DNA of 64,000 bases from Candidatus Uhrbacteria bacterium (GCA_030649995.1 JAUSEV010000034.1:19482-83481), one strand, 5' to 3'; counted from the stretch's first letter, positions 1-7,718 are shown. Notes: generated from the sequence alone by a model not told the origin. Numbers and translations are program-made.

Positions 1-92
1 ACCCCGCAAATTCGCGCCGCAATAAAATGCCCAAACTCGTGAATCAACACGAGCACGGAGAGAACGGCGAGGAAGATAAGGAGAGTGAGCAT
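1..92 (-). CDS. rseP: RseP-like site-2 (M50) zinc metalloprotease, N-terminal fragment; the gene runs off the window start
   Basis: Minus-strand ATG at 92-90. Translation MLTLLIFLAVLSVLVLIHEFGHFIAARICG is a TM helix followed by an HExxH motif, as in RseP/RasP N-termini. Confidence 0.6.
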   Translation of the reverse strand, partial: MLTLLIFLAVLSVLVLIHEFGHFIAARICG

Positions 93-98
93 GGAAAT

Positions 99-452
99 TT
101 AAGCGGGGAAAAAACGAACGCCATTCTCTCCCACAATCGCCAATCGATCTTGAAATTTTGTCGCTGGAATTTCGGAAAGAAAAAATATCAATGTTTTGGC
201 TACGATTTCCGGCAAGGGCTTGCGCAGACGTAACAAAATAACGCCGACATGTTTTTGAATAGGGTAGCGAATAACGTTCCCAAAATCGCGATCATGCGTC
301 ACGATAATTCTCCGATCCTGCCGAGCTAGTCGAATAACCACATCATCAGACACTCCGGGAGTCATGTCACGAATCGAATGAACATCGTGACCCGCTCCTC
401 GTAATTTTTCTACAACCATGGGCGCGACATTCTCATCGGCGAGCAAGCGCAT
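99..452 (-). CDS. DUF5615-like (PIN-like) putative toxin
   Basis: MRLLADENV..VTHDRDFG pattern. Internal ATG at 452 lies a few nt downstream of the upstream DUF433 gene stop (457-459). Confidence 0.5.
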   Translation of the reverse strand: MRLLADENVAPMVVEKLRGAGHDVHSIRDMTPGVSDDVVIRLARQDRRIIVTHDRDFGNVIRYPIQKHVGVILLRLRKPLPEIVAKTLIFFLSEIPATKFQDRLAIVGENGVRFFPA

Positions 453-456
453 ACCC

Positions 457-714
457 CTAAGCCGGCTGGCGCACGAAAGCGTCTTCACGTTTTAACTGTT
501 GTACCGCAAAATTTACCGCAGCAAACACCGCTTCTTCGGAAACGCCATACTCACGAACAATGGCTGCCGATGTCATGCCTGCGGCAAGCAACTCTAAAAT
601 AAACTCAACAGAGAGCCGAGTGCCCGCAATAACCGGCTTGCCTCCTAAAACTTTTGGATCCTGATGAATAAGAACCTTTTGCTTAGGATGAATAACTCGT
701 TTGATTCGTTGCAT
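457..714 (-). CDS. DUF433-domain protein (antitoxin-like partner of DUF5615)
   Basis: DPKVLGGKPVIAGTRLSVEFILELLAAGMT matches the DUF433 signature. Sits directly upstream of the DUF5615 gene. Confidence 0.6.
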   Translation of the reverse strand: MQRIKRVIHPKQKVLIHQDPKVLGGKPVIAGTRLSVEFILELLAAGMTSAAIVREYGVSEEAVFAAVNFAVQQLKREDAFVRQPA

Positions 715-888
715 AAAACAAGGTTAGCATTTTTCACCCTCCTTTCGCAAGCCCATCCATTCATTCCATGGGCCGTACGAAAAAAAATGATCAATTCTCA
801 CATCAAGGCTTTTACAAAAATGTTACTAACCGAAGCTATAGTGTGAGATAGTAACAGAGATGAAAAACTGAAAACAAGAAGTCAGGGG

Positions 889-1265
889 AAATAATACAGC
901 GGGGATACTCGAGTGACGAGTTCCCCGCTCTGTGGGACACGTGGCTGTACTGGACAACACGCAACTGTAGCCAGCAAAAGAACACCTCGCGGAAGCCTGC
1001 GCAGCCGTGCGGTGAACTCCAAACGATCAGAAGGAAAGAAAGTGATACGGCCCGACCAGCCAACGTCGGACCCCGTGCACGACTTAACTCTGCCGAAGAA
1101 CGCCGTAGATTACCGAAGCGAACCGCACTTGACGCTACGAAGATGAAAAAAGAAAGGTGATGCGGCGGGTCAAAGAATCGACACGCCCCGTGCAGAACAC
1201 GACGCCACCGCGGATAAGAGTGCTTAGCTTGACGTGACGCAAGTAGGTCTAACTCAACCTGAGTG
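889..1265 (-). ncRNA. Noncoding cassette F (promoter to T1 terminator), unknown RNA family
   Basis: -35 TTGACT at 1299-1294 with a 17-18 nt spacer to a TAGTTA-like -10. Two internal H2 hairpins (1146-1193, 1033-1080), each followed by a CTTTCTTT tract. Ends in T1 hairpin 898-929 (AGCGGGGA..TCCCCGCT) plus a T-rich tract. No ORF with an RBS. Confidence 0.5.
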
Positions 1266-1305
1266 CCACTAACTAACCAAATTTTCCAAAAAAAGTCAAT
1301 CATTT

Positions 1306-1655
1306 AAAATTACAGCGGGGATGATCGAGTACGATCTCCCCGCTCTGCGCAAAACTTGACGTGACACAACTCTACCTGACATAACTCCGCCGAGGCTAAC
1401 GTCTATCTCTCTGTCATTGCGAGAAGGAGTCCGCGACGACGAAGCAATCTCTCCGCAGCCATCGAAGATTGCCACGCTTCGTATGACTTCGCTCGCAATG
1501 ACAGTGGTTTGATACCCGGTCAAATTCAATGTCTGAAAAAAAGAAAGGTGATACAACAGGCTGAAATGAATCAGCCCATTCCATGCTGCGCTACGCGATA
1601 GCGAACCGTACTGGAGAAAACCTCTCCTAACATCGCAGAACGCGATGAAGCACAT
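1306..1655 (-). ncRNA. Noncoding cassette E, carrying a MITE insertion
   Basis: -35 TTGACA at 1688-1683, 17-nt spacer, -10 TAAGTA. H2-like hairpin 1536-1577 followed by CACCTTTCTTTTTTT. T1 hairpin 1314-1344 followed by GTAATTTT. Confidence 0.5.
1400..1520. mobile_element. MITE copy 1 (TIR TGTCATTGCGAG..CTCGCAATGACA)
   Basis: Near-identical to 26782-26930 apart from a ~33-nt internal indel. Terminal inverted repeats at 1412-1423 and 1492-1503. Confidence 0.6.
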
Positions 1656-1699
1656 GGAATACTTATCAAAGAACAATCGTTTTGTCAAGGCTCATATCG

Positions 1700-1830
1700 A
1701 AAAAATACAGCGGGGATCGGGAGTGAACCCGTCCCCGCTCTGCGGTGTGGTGGACGTCACGCTAGTTCACGCAACGACGCCGGACGCTACGGTATAAGAA
1801 TAAAACACCCGAAAGGATACGAATCGTGAA
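1700..1830 (-). ncRNA. Partial cassette (3' module plus T1 only)
   Basis: T1 hairpin 1709-1739 preceded by a CACGCTAGTTCACGCAACG segment homologous to the cassette B/C 3' module. No own promoter seen. Lies directly after the CDS terminator. Confidence 0.35.
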
Positions 1831-1870
1831 AAGAAAAAGGCGGGTTCGGAAAGTTTCTCCGAATCCCGCC
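1831..1870 (-). terminator. Intrinsic terminator of CDS 1903-2700
   Basis: GGCGGGATTCGGAGAAACTTTCCGAACCCGCC followed by TTTTTCTT on the minus strand. Confidence 0.65.
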
Positions 1871-1902
1871 AGTTGTTGAAGTTCCGACTGCTATCCGATC
1901 CG

Positions 1903-2700
1903 CTACTTGCGGACCGACGTGACCCGCCACTTCGTGATTTGGAACTTGCCGAACGGCCCACGGCAGCCACCGCGGAAGGAACACAGACCGATCGCCGCAC
2001 CGGCCAGGAGGAACATGTCATACACGTGACGCTCGGTGAGTCCCGCGAGCTCGTGGAGCTTGAGCGTCATGACGAACTCCGTCGTCCACTTCTTGAACTT
2101 CGGCCGCACGATGCCGACGGCCGTGCCCGGTCCCGAACCGGCCCTCTGCATGCCGCGTCTCACGTCGTGGATCCACTCCGTTCCATCCGGGAACCGCAGG
2201 AACTCGCGGTCGATGGAGAGGAATGCGAAGAGCTTGGTCGTGTCCGCCGTGGAGATCCCGCCGCGGCCAACCTTGATGCCGCGCGCGGCTTCGGCGAGGC
2301 AGGCAAGCAAGTTCATGGTCGGGAACCCCAGCAACTGCCTCTTGCTATCGGGGTCATCGGGGTCGAAATAGAGCTTCTTCGTGGCCATGTCGCGCAGGGG
2401 AGCGGTTCGATCCGGGGGCTTGCGCTCCCCGCGGATGAGCACGTCGACGATGGTCTGCGGCCCCATCGCGTCGAGCAGGAGCGGTGATCCCCCCTGATTG
2501 GCGATACCAACATCGATGACCATCACGTGCTCGCGTCGCTTGAACCGCTCGATGCCGTCCCTGGCCATGATGTCGTCGTCACCGTTGTCGCCGGGTGCCG
2601 CCTCGGCTCCTTCGGCCTCGTTCGCGCCCTCTTTGCCTTCTCCCGCTTCCGGATCCTCCGTGGGATCGTCCTCCTCGGGCTTGCCAGGTTCTCTATTCAT
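1903..2700 (-). CDS. Hypothetical protein, acidic N-terminal tail; possible RAMP (Cas5/Cas7-like) fold
   Basis: GGAGG RBS 6 nt before the ATG at 2700. G+C-rich. GFPTMNLLACLAEAARG helix motif and C-terminal glycine-rich loop GLCSFRGGCRGPFGKFQI. Own TTGACA promoter at 2969-2964 with a ~230-nt leader. Confidence 0.7.
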   Translation of the reverse strand: MNREPGKPEEDDPTEDPEAGEGKEGANEAEGAEAAPGDNGDDDIMARDGIERFKRREHVMVIDVGIANQGGSPLLLDAMGPQTIVDVLIRGERKPPDRTAPLRDMATKKLYFDPDDPDSKRQLLGFPTMNLLACLAEAARGIKVGRGGISTADTTKLFAFLSIDREFLRFPDGTEWIHDVRRGMQRAGSGPGTAVGIVRPKFKKWTTEFVMTLKLHELAGLTERHVYDMFLLAGAAIGLCSFRGGCRGPFGKFQITKWRVTSVRK

Positions 2701-2981
2701 GGAGCGCCTCCGTGGTTTCGCAAAATGGGGTGATTGGGAATGTGCTGCCTCGCTCTAACCTCACCCCAGTGAAAGGTCAAAGCCAGATGTATCAGGTCAC
2801 CATATTCCAGGTTTCCCGTCAAGAGGCATTTTGCCCTATGATATAAGGTGTTGCTGCCCCGATCCGGGTCGAGGCACCTTGCTGAACGGAACCGAACTCT
2901 ACGTAACCTGACGACGCGGAACGGTATCTTCCACATATCTTTCTTAACCAAAAACATATTCTGTGTCAAGAGCCACATATA

Positions 2982-3336
2982 TAAAATTACAGCGGGGATA
3001 CTCGAGTGACGAGTTCCCCGCTCTGTGCAGAACCGTACACCACAACAGCTAAGAAGGCTCAACGTAGCCTAACGCTGCTGAAGATTATTGGAACGCGAGA
3101 ATTGAGATGTTGCGGCGGCCCGAAGAATTCTCGGGCCGCTCCATGCGCTGGCTGACCTAAGAGAGGTGGACGCAACTCCACCGGTCCCTGCTGAATTTTA
3201 TTCAACGACTGAAGAAGAAAGTTGAAAGGTGTTACGGCGGCCTGGCGAACTGCACCAGACCGCCCCGAGCGGTACAATGCGTGACTCGAGAAAGCGTGAC
3301 GAAAGTTGACGCGACACAGGCTCACTCAACAAGGTA
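2982..3336 (-). ncRNA. Noncoding cassette D
   Basis: -35 TTGACG at 3370-3365, 17-nt spacer, -10 TACAAG. H2 hairpins at 3214-3270 and 3103-3146. T1 hairpin 2991-3022 followed by GTAATTTT. Confidence 0.5.
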
Positions 3337-3379
3337 AAGACCTTGTAACAAAGATAACGAAGACCGTCAACCCCCGAAA

Positions 3380-3600
3380 AAATTACAGCGGGGATGATCG
3401 AGTACGATCTCCCCGCTCTGTGCAACACGCTAGGTTTCCTAACTCCACGCAACGGGTCCGGGCTGGACGCAACCAAAACGCACTGAATTTTGAGAAGATG
3501 TTACGGCGGCCCGAAGAGTTCTCGGGCCGCCCCGTGGGCGACCAAACTACACAGCACTATACGGGGCGATACAAAACGCAGCGTTAGTCTATGTAGTCAA
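3380..3600 (-). ncRNA. Noncoding cassette C
   Basis: -35 TTGACG at 3633-3628, 17-nt spacer, -10 TAAGAA. H2 hairpin 3491-3537. T1 hairpin 3387-3417 followed by GTAATTTTTT. No ATG codon in the transcript body. Confidence 0.55.
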
Positions 3601-3642
3601 GTATTTCTTAGCTGAAAAAATAAAATCCGTCAACCCCTAAAA

Positions 3643-3865
3643 ATAATTCAGCGGGGATGATCGAGTGCGATCTCCCCGCTCTGCGCTAAACACGACAACA
3701 CCCTAGGTTACCCAACTCCACGCAAGCGGACCGAACTGGGCGGTACGCAAAAAGAAAGATGTTACGGCGGTCCGAAAGAATCTCGGACCGCCCCGTGCAT
3801 TACGCAAGCGAGGGTTGATTAACGGCGCGAAACACTGCTTTGCTTGACGCGACTCTGCAGCGTAA
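3643..3865 (-). ncRNA. Noncoding cassette B
   Basis: -35 TTGACC at 3898-3893, 17-nt spacer, TG-extended -10 TAAACA. H2 hairpin 3750-3798. T1 hairpin 3650-3680 followed by GAATTATTTTT. Confidence 0.5.
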
Positions 3866-3911
3866 GATCTGTTTATCAAAAAATAAAATTTTGGTCAATA
3901 TTTGAATAAAC

Positions 3912-3945
3912 AAAAAAAACGGAGCTTGATTTCTCAAAACTCCGT
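3912..3945 (-). terminator. Intrinsic terminator of the helicase gene
   Basis: ACGGAG..CTCCGT hairpin followed by T8 on the minus strand. Confidence 0.65.
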
Positions 3946-3960
3946 GAGGAAAAAGTACAA

Positions 3961-5790
3961 CTACTTATGTAGCAGCGCGAGGGTGTCTTTGACTGCGCCT
4001 TCCATGTCGAGCTTGTCGCGATACGCCGACTGCAACCACTTGGGTAGACCGGCGAACAGGAACTTGGCGAACTGGCTCGACATGAAGAAGCACACACCTA
4101 CGTCCTCCGAACTGCGAATGTTGCGGCCACGCACCTGTAGTGCCTGCATGAGCACGCGGTAACGACGTAAAGCCCACACCTGACTCGCCGGAAAGCGCGC
4201 CTCCTCAAACTGGGCTTCCGGATCCTGCGGATGCGGATAACCAGGACGGAGGAAGAAGATCACCGGCGCCGCCTGACGAGGAAGATCAATCCCCTCGCCA
4301 TACTGCGCAGCGGTTCCCACGAGCGCCTCACCCCGACCTTCCAGAAAGTGCGCCGCCACCTGCTTTGCATCAGCGCCAAACCCATAGCTCAAGGCTTCGA
4401 GACTCTCCTCACCAGCGAAGCGCAAGAACTGCTGGCGCTCCGCATCAGACACGAGAACGATCAGCGACCGATGGCCGGCGCGCGCAAACCGCTTGGCCAT
4501 GTTCACGATCTGCCGCAGCGTCCAATTGACGTTGCGATGCCGCCGTTCGTCGAACGAGAGATCACGCGCGTCCCTCGGCACGAAGATGCGGGTCTGAAGC
4601 GTCGAGAACGGAGACTCGAAGGTGCGGAATGGATGACGAATGCCCGTCTCCCATCCAAAAACTTCCGAGTTGCCGATGGTGGCCGAGTACGCCACAACGT
4701 TCGGACCGAGCGCACGCCTGATGATCGGCGCCACAAAGTACGTCCGAATGCGCAAATGGTAACGGGCGCGCTTGCGGCCGGCCACGAATTCCGGATCGTC
4801 CTGCTTTAGATAGTAGGCAACCACATACTTGAGCGGCTGCCTCTCATCTTCGCCGACCGTGGCGTAACGCAGCGAGGTCAAGATCCTGGGGATGTTGCGC
4901 GTCAGGTTTTCCAGAACCTTGAGATCGCCCTTGTTCTCGATGGGGTCGAGCCTGCCGCTCCGTACCGCTTCGACCACGGCTCGTTCCAGCGCGCGACGAT
5001 CCATCTCGTCCAAGATCGCGATCAAGGACTCGACTTCCGTCACGGTGAAGAGGGATTGGTGACGCGCCGGCCGCCGACGAGCCATTCGCCGGAAGGCCTT
5101 CACGAACCGAACCATGATGTTTGCCTGTGCGCGAGCCAAATCCTTGAGGAGACGGGCAGCGCGCAGCAGGTGGAAGTCGGTGAGCGTGTACTCGAAGATG
5201 CCGCGAGCTACCTGTGCCAGGCGATGAGCCTCATCCACGACCACGAGCGCCGGATTTTGCTCCCGCCACCGAGTCACAAGCATCCGGTTCATGAGGAAGA
5301 ACGCCGTGGTACAAGCCACGACCTGTCCTCCACTCGTTTGCTGCATCGCTTGGTATTTGGCCTGAAAGTACGGGCACGGTTCCGCACCCGCCTCCTCCGT
5401 TTCGCCGGTTTCCTGATCTACCCGATGACCGCACTGCAACATGTAGCAAGGCGAGTCAGCCGCGTTCACATCCTCGACTCCGCGATCCACGTAGTACAGA
5501 CAACGGTACTCGCTGCGACCGAACACGGTGGTCACCTGACAGGGAAACGCTTCCTGCAGCTGGGCAACCAATGCCCTGGTAGGTGTCACGTAGAAACGCG
5601 GACCCTCATGATCGGCCAGTGCCAAAAGCGCCGCCATGCCGACCGCCGTCTTGCCGTCGCCCGTCGGCATCTCGAGCAGGACTCCGTCGTCTGATCCGGC
5701 GATCGCCTCGAGCGCAGCCGCTTGATTCGGACGAACCTCCGGAAACGGGAATGCCCGGCGCAGCCGGTCAAGCGGAATGAGCTTACTCAT
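3961..5790 (-). CDS. DinG/XPD (Rad3)-family FeS DNA helicase
   Basis: Walker A EMPTGDGKT and DEAH box VVDEAHRL. Four-Cys insertion between them (RCLYY, SPCYMLQCGH, EPCPYF). C-terminal GTAAQYGEGIDLP and FFLRPGYPHPQDP motifs. GGGAGG RBS before the ATG at 5790. Own TTGACG box at 5889-5884. Confidence 0.85.
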   Translation of the reverse strand: MSKLIPLDRLRRAFPFPEVRPNQAAALEAIAGSDDGVLLEMPTGDGKTAVGMAALLALADHEGPRFYVTPTRALVAQLQEAFPCQVTTVFGRSEYRCLYYVDRGVEDVNAADSPCYMLQCGHRVDQETGETEEAGAEPCPYFQAKYQAMQQTSGGQVVACTTAFFLMNRMLVTRWREQNPALVVVDEAHRLAQVARGIFEYTLTDFHLLRAARLLKDLARAQANIMVRFVKAFRRMARRRPARHQSLFTVTEVESLIAILDEMDRRALERAVVEAVRSGRLDPIENKGDLKVLENLTRNIPRILTSLRYATVGEDERQPLKYVVAYYLKQDDPEFVAGRKRARYHLRIRTYFVAPIIRRALGPNVVAYSATIGNSEVFGWETGIRHPFRTFESPFSTLQTRIFVPRDARDLSFDERRHRNVNWTLRQIVNMAKRFARAGHRSLIVLVSDAERQQFLRFAGEESLEALSYGFGADAKQVAAHFLEGRGEALVGTAAQYGEGIDLPRQAAPVIFFLRPGYPHPQDPEAQFEEARFPASQVWALRRYRVLMQALQVRGRNIRSSEDVGVCFFMSSQFAKFLFAGLPKWLQSAYRDKLDMEGAVKDTLALLHK

Positions 5791-5950
5791 GGATTCCTCC
5801 CACGCAGAACTTGGTCTGCGATTATCTGTCGTTGATGATGAAAAGGCCAAAAGCAAAATCATCTGACCATGAAATCTTCTTCTCGTCAAGAGCTGAAAAA
5901 AGCAAGAAAAATATCAACTCGCTCGTGAATGAAAAAATAAATACGATTCC

Positions 5951-5980
5951 ATCATCTTCTTCCGACCGTGAATAGATGAT
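5951..5980. promoter_or_regulatory. 30-nt palindrome A (ATCATCTTCTTCCGACCGTGAATAGATGAT)
   Basis: Inverted arms ATCATCT/AGATGAT around CGACCG. Lies ~60 nt upstream of the helicase -35 box. Same motif at 7174-7208 and 58739-58768. Confidence 0.45.
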
Positions 5981-6071
5981 AGAATTCTTGAAAGTTTTTT
6001 TAATCTCATCAATAAACTTTCACTGCTTATAGATAATACAAGCAAGGCATTCTAAAACTTATCTCAAAATA

Positions 6072-6515
6072 AAATAATACAGCGGGGATGATCGAGTTGC
6101 GATCTCCCCGCTCTGTGATGCGCTAAGCCGTGCCCTAGAGTACAAAACCGGACTGGGCTTTGGCTTACTTCGGGACACGAAGTGTAGAAGAAAGTTACGG
6201 CGGCCGGAGACGAGCTCCGACCGCCCCGTGCGCGACTCGACGGAAGTAAACGCGACCTGACCGTGGCGTGGGGTACGAATCCGTACCGAACGCCGAAAAG
6301 TCTCATCACATCACACCCGTGAAAGAAAGTTGCGGCCCCGAGTTGCCTCGGGGCCCCGTGCTGGAGCTTGCAAGACCACACCCAGCGTGACGGGGCAGAA
6401 CTACACGCCACGAAACAATGGTATGCGGAGGAAGAAAAAAGGACTTGCGGCGAGCCGATCAAAACCGCATCGACCCACCCCGTACAAAACTCTTGGCAAC
6501 CCTAGCTTCCATTAT
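6072..6515 (-). ncRNA. Noncoding cassette A
   Basis: -35 TTGACA at 6548-6543 with a TAAGGA-like -10. H2 hairpins at 6321-6360 and 6186-6231. T1 hairpin 6081-6112 followed by GTATTATTTTATTTT. Confidence 0.5.
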
Positions 6516-6557
6516 CTTCATCCTTAAACACAAATCTCTTTCTGTCAACCCTCAACT

Positions 6558-6583
6558 AAAAAAAACCACAGGTTGCCCTGCAG
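6558..6583 (-). terminator. Intrinsic terminator of CDS 6603-7094
   Basis: CTGCAGG-GCAA-CCTGTGG hairpin (two G-U pairs) followed by T8 on the minus strand. Confidence 0.55.
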
Positions 6584-6602
6584 TTACCATCAGAGAAAAG
6601 CT

Positions 6603-7094
6603 CTACCTGTTGCGGAAGGTCACGACAATATCGTTCCGACCCCACGTCCTCGGCTTGGGCGACGATTGGTCGAGATCGACAAGCCACAACCCCCACCGAC
6701 CGGACGATTGAAAGAGCACGGGGCCGCACCAGACCTTGGAATGCGGAGGCTGCTCACGAAAGCGCCGTTCGTAGGGTGGAATCGTCGAGTACGTCGCCTG
6801 CTGGTTGTCCGAGAGGATTCGTTCCTTGTTCTGGATGAGCCAGACGAGCCAAGCGGCCGTGTTGCCTTCGGCGTGGAGGCGGATCGACTCCGATTGGATG
6901 TCTCGGAGTGCCGATCGTCGCGCGTAGGAATGCAGCGTGAGAGCTTCAAACGTCCTACCTAATTCGCCACGCATGAAGTCCCAAGTTCTAAGAGCGGCTT
7001 CGACATACCCCAGGTCGAGTTCTTGTTCCACGCGGGCGATCAACTCCTTCGGAGTTACCTCTGGAACCGTGATCCTGTTCGTGTTCGATTTCAT
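6603..7094 (-). CDS. Hypothetical protein (163 aa), no recognisable domain
   Basis: GGAGGTGA RBS before the ATG at 7094 (MKSNTNRITVPE..). G+C-rich. Own TTGACA box at 7149-7144, 17-nt spacer, -10 TAAGGT. Confidence 0.65.
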   Translation of the reverse strand: MKSNTNRITVPEVTPKELIARVEQELDLGYVEAALRTWDFMRGELGRTFEALTLHSYARRSALRDIQSESIRLHAEGNTAAWLVWLIQNKERILSDNQQATYSTIPPYERRFREQPPHSKVWCGPVLFQSSGRWGLWLVDLDQSSPKPRTWGRNDIVVTFRNR

Positions 7095-7173
7095 CCGCTC
7101 ACCTCCTTTCAAGTAATGACACCTTAACACAAATAGGGCGCGTTGTCAAGCATGGGCCGTCTCACCAGTACGG

Positions 7174-7208
7174 ATGATGCCATCTTTTTCCGACCGGGAA
7201 AAGATGAT
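7174..7208. promoter_or_regulatory. Palindrome B (ATGATGCCATCTTTTTCCGACCGGGAAAAGATGAT)
   Basis: Same arms and core as palindromes A and C. Sits ~25 nt upstream of the -35 box of CDS 6603-7094. Confidence 0.45.
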
Positions 7209-7348
7209 AACGTTCACAAATGATGAGCATCTATAAAAACTATAGCCTTATTTTAGGTGCTTCAAGCAAAGCTTCGACAAACTTCTTTTTTGAATGAAAA
7301 TTCAACGTCGATACATTCATTATCAAAATAATTGCCATCCGTCAACAT

Positions 7349-7708
7349 TTAGCTCATTCCTCCCCCCATCTCCGACAACTCCTCTTCTTCCCGTTTCTTT
7401 CTGTGTTTTTTAGGTGTGTCGGTTTCTTCTTTTTTCTCCTCTGATCGTTTATGCAAATATGACAGCAACTGTTTTCCTCCTTCGGCGATGAATCCAAGAT
7501 ATTGCGCGGAGGCGCCGAGTTTTTCGCCGATCATCATGATCGCTCGCTCAAATCGTGCCACTTTTTCTCGCGTGTCACTCACCACTTCATTGGTTTGACG
7601 GACGAGCGTTGCAATCTCATACAATGCCCAGCACAAAAACACCGCCACAAACCCGATCGCGATGGCACTAATGAAATAAAGAAGCTCGAGAGAGGAGAGG
7701 GAAAACAT
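7349..7708 (-). CDS. Small membrane-anchored coiled-coil protein (DUF948-like)
   Basis: N-terminal TM helix, helical middle region and a K/E-rich tail. Backbone-like G+C. Confidence 0.45.
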   Translation of the reverse strand: MFSLSSLELLYFISAIAIGFVAVFLCWALYEIATLVRQTNEVVSDTREKVARFERAIMMIGEKLGASAQYLGFIAEGGKQLLSYLHKRSEEKKEETDTPKKHRKKREEEELSEMGGGMS

Positions 7709-7718
7709 ATTTAATGCA

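Noticed and set aside
27-233. The plus-strand 68-aa ORF at the window start
   Set aside because: It overlaps the rseP N-terminus and the DUF5615 gene on the opposite strand, and it has no RBS.
836-3476. ORF-track entries inside the noncoding cassettes (836-1303, 1296-1688, 2697-3062, 3059-3325, 3198-3476; also 6064-6462)
   Set aside because: None has an RBS. They run straight through terminator hairpins, promoter boxes and a MITE. Their sequences are low-complexity translations of GC hairpins. Paralogous cassettes do not conserve any reading frame.
898-6112. The seven near-identical 31-32-nt hairpin repeats read as a CRISPR array
   Set aside because: Spacing is irregular (about 265 to 2400 nt) and far above spacer size. 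Three protein genes lie between the repeats. Each repeat is followed by a T-tract and most are preceded by their own promoter-like box. No cas1, cas2 or cas6 is present. They behave as terminators of separate units, not as array repeats.
836-7348. The island as a prophage, a plasmid integration with an integrase, a retron or a DGR
   Set aside because: No integrase, capsid, terminase, replication initiator or reverse transcriptase is present. No flanking direct repeats longer than a few nt were found, and there is no template/variable repeat pair.
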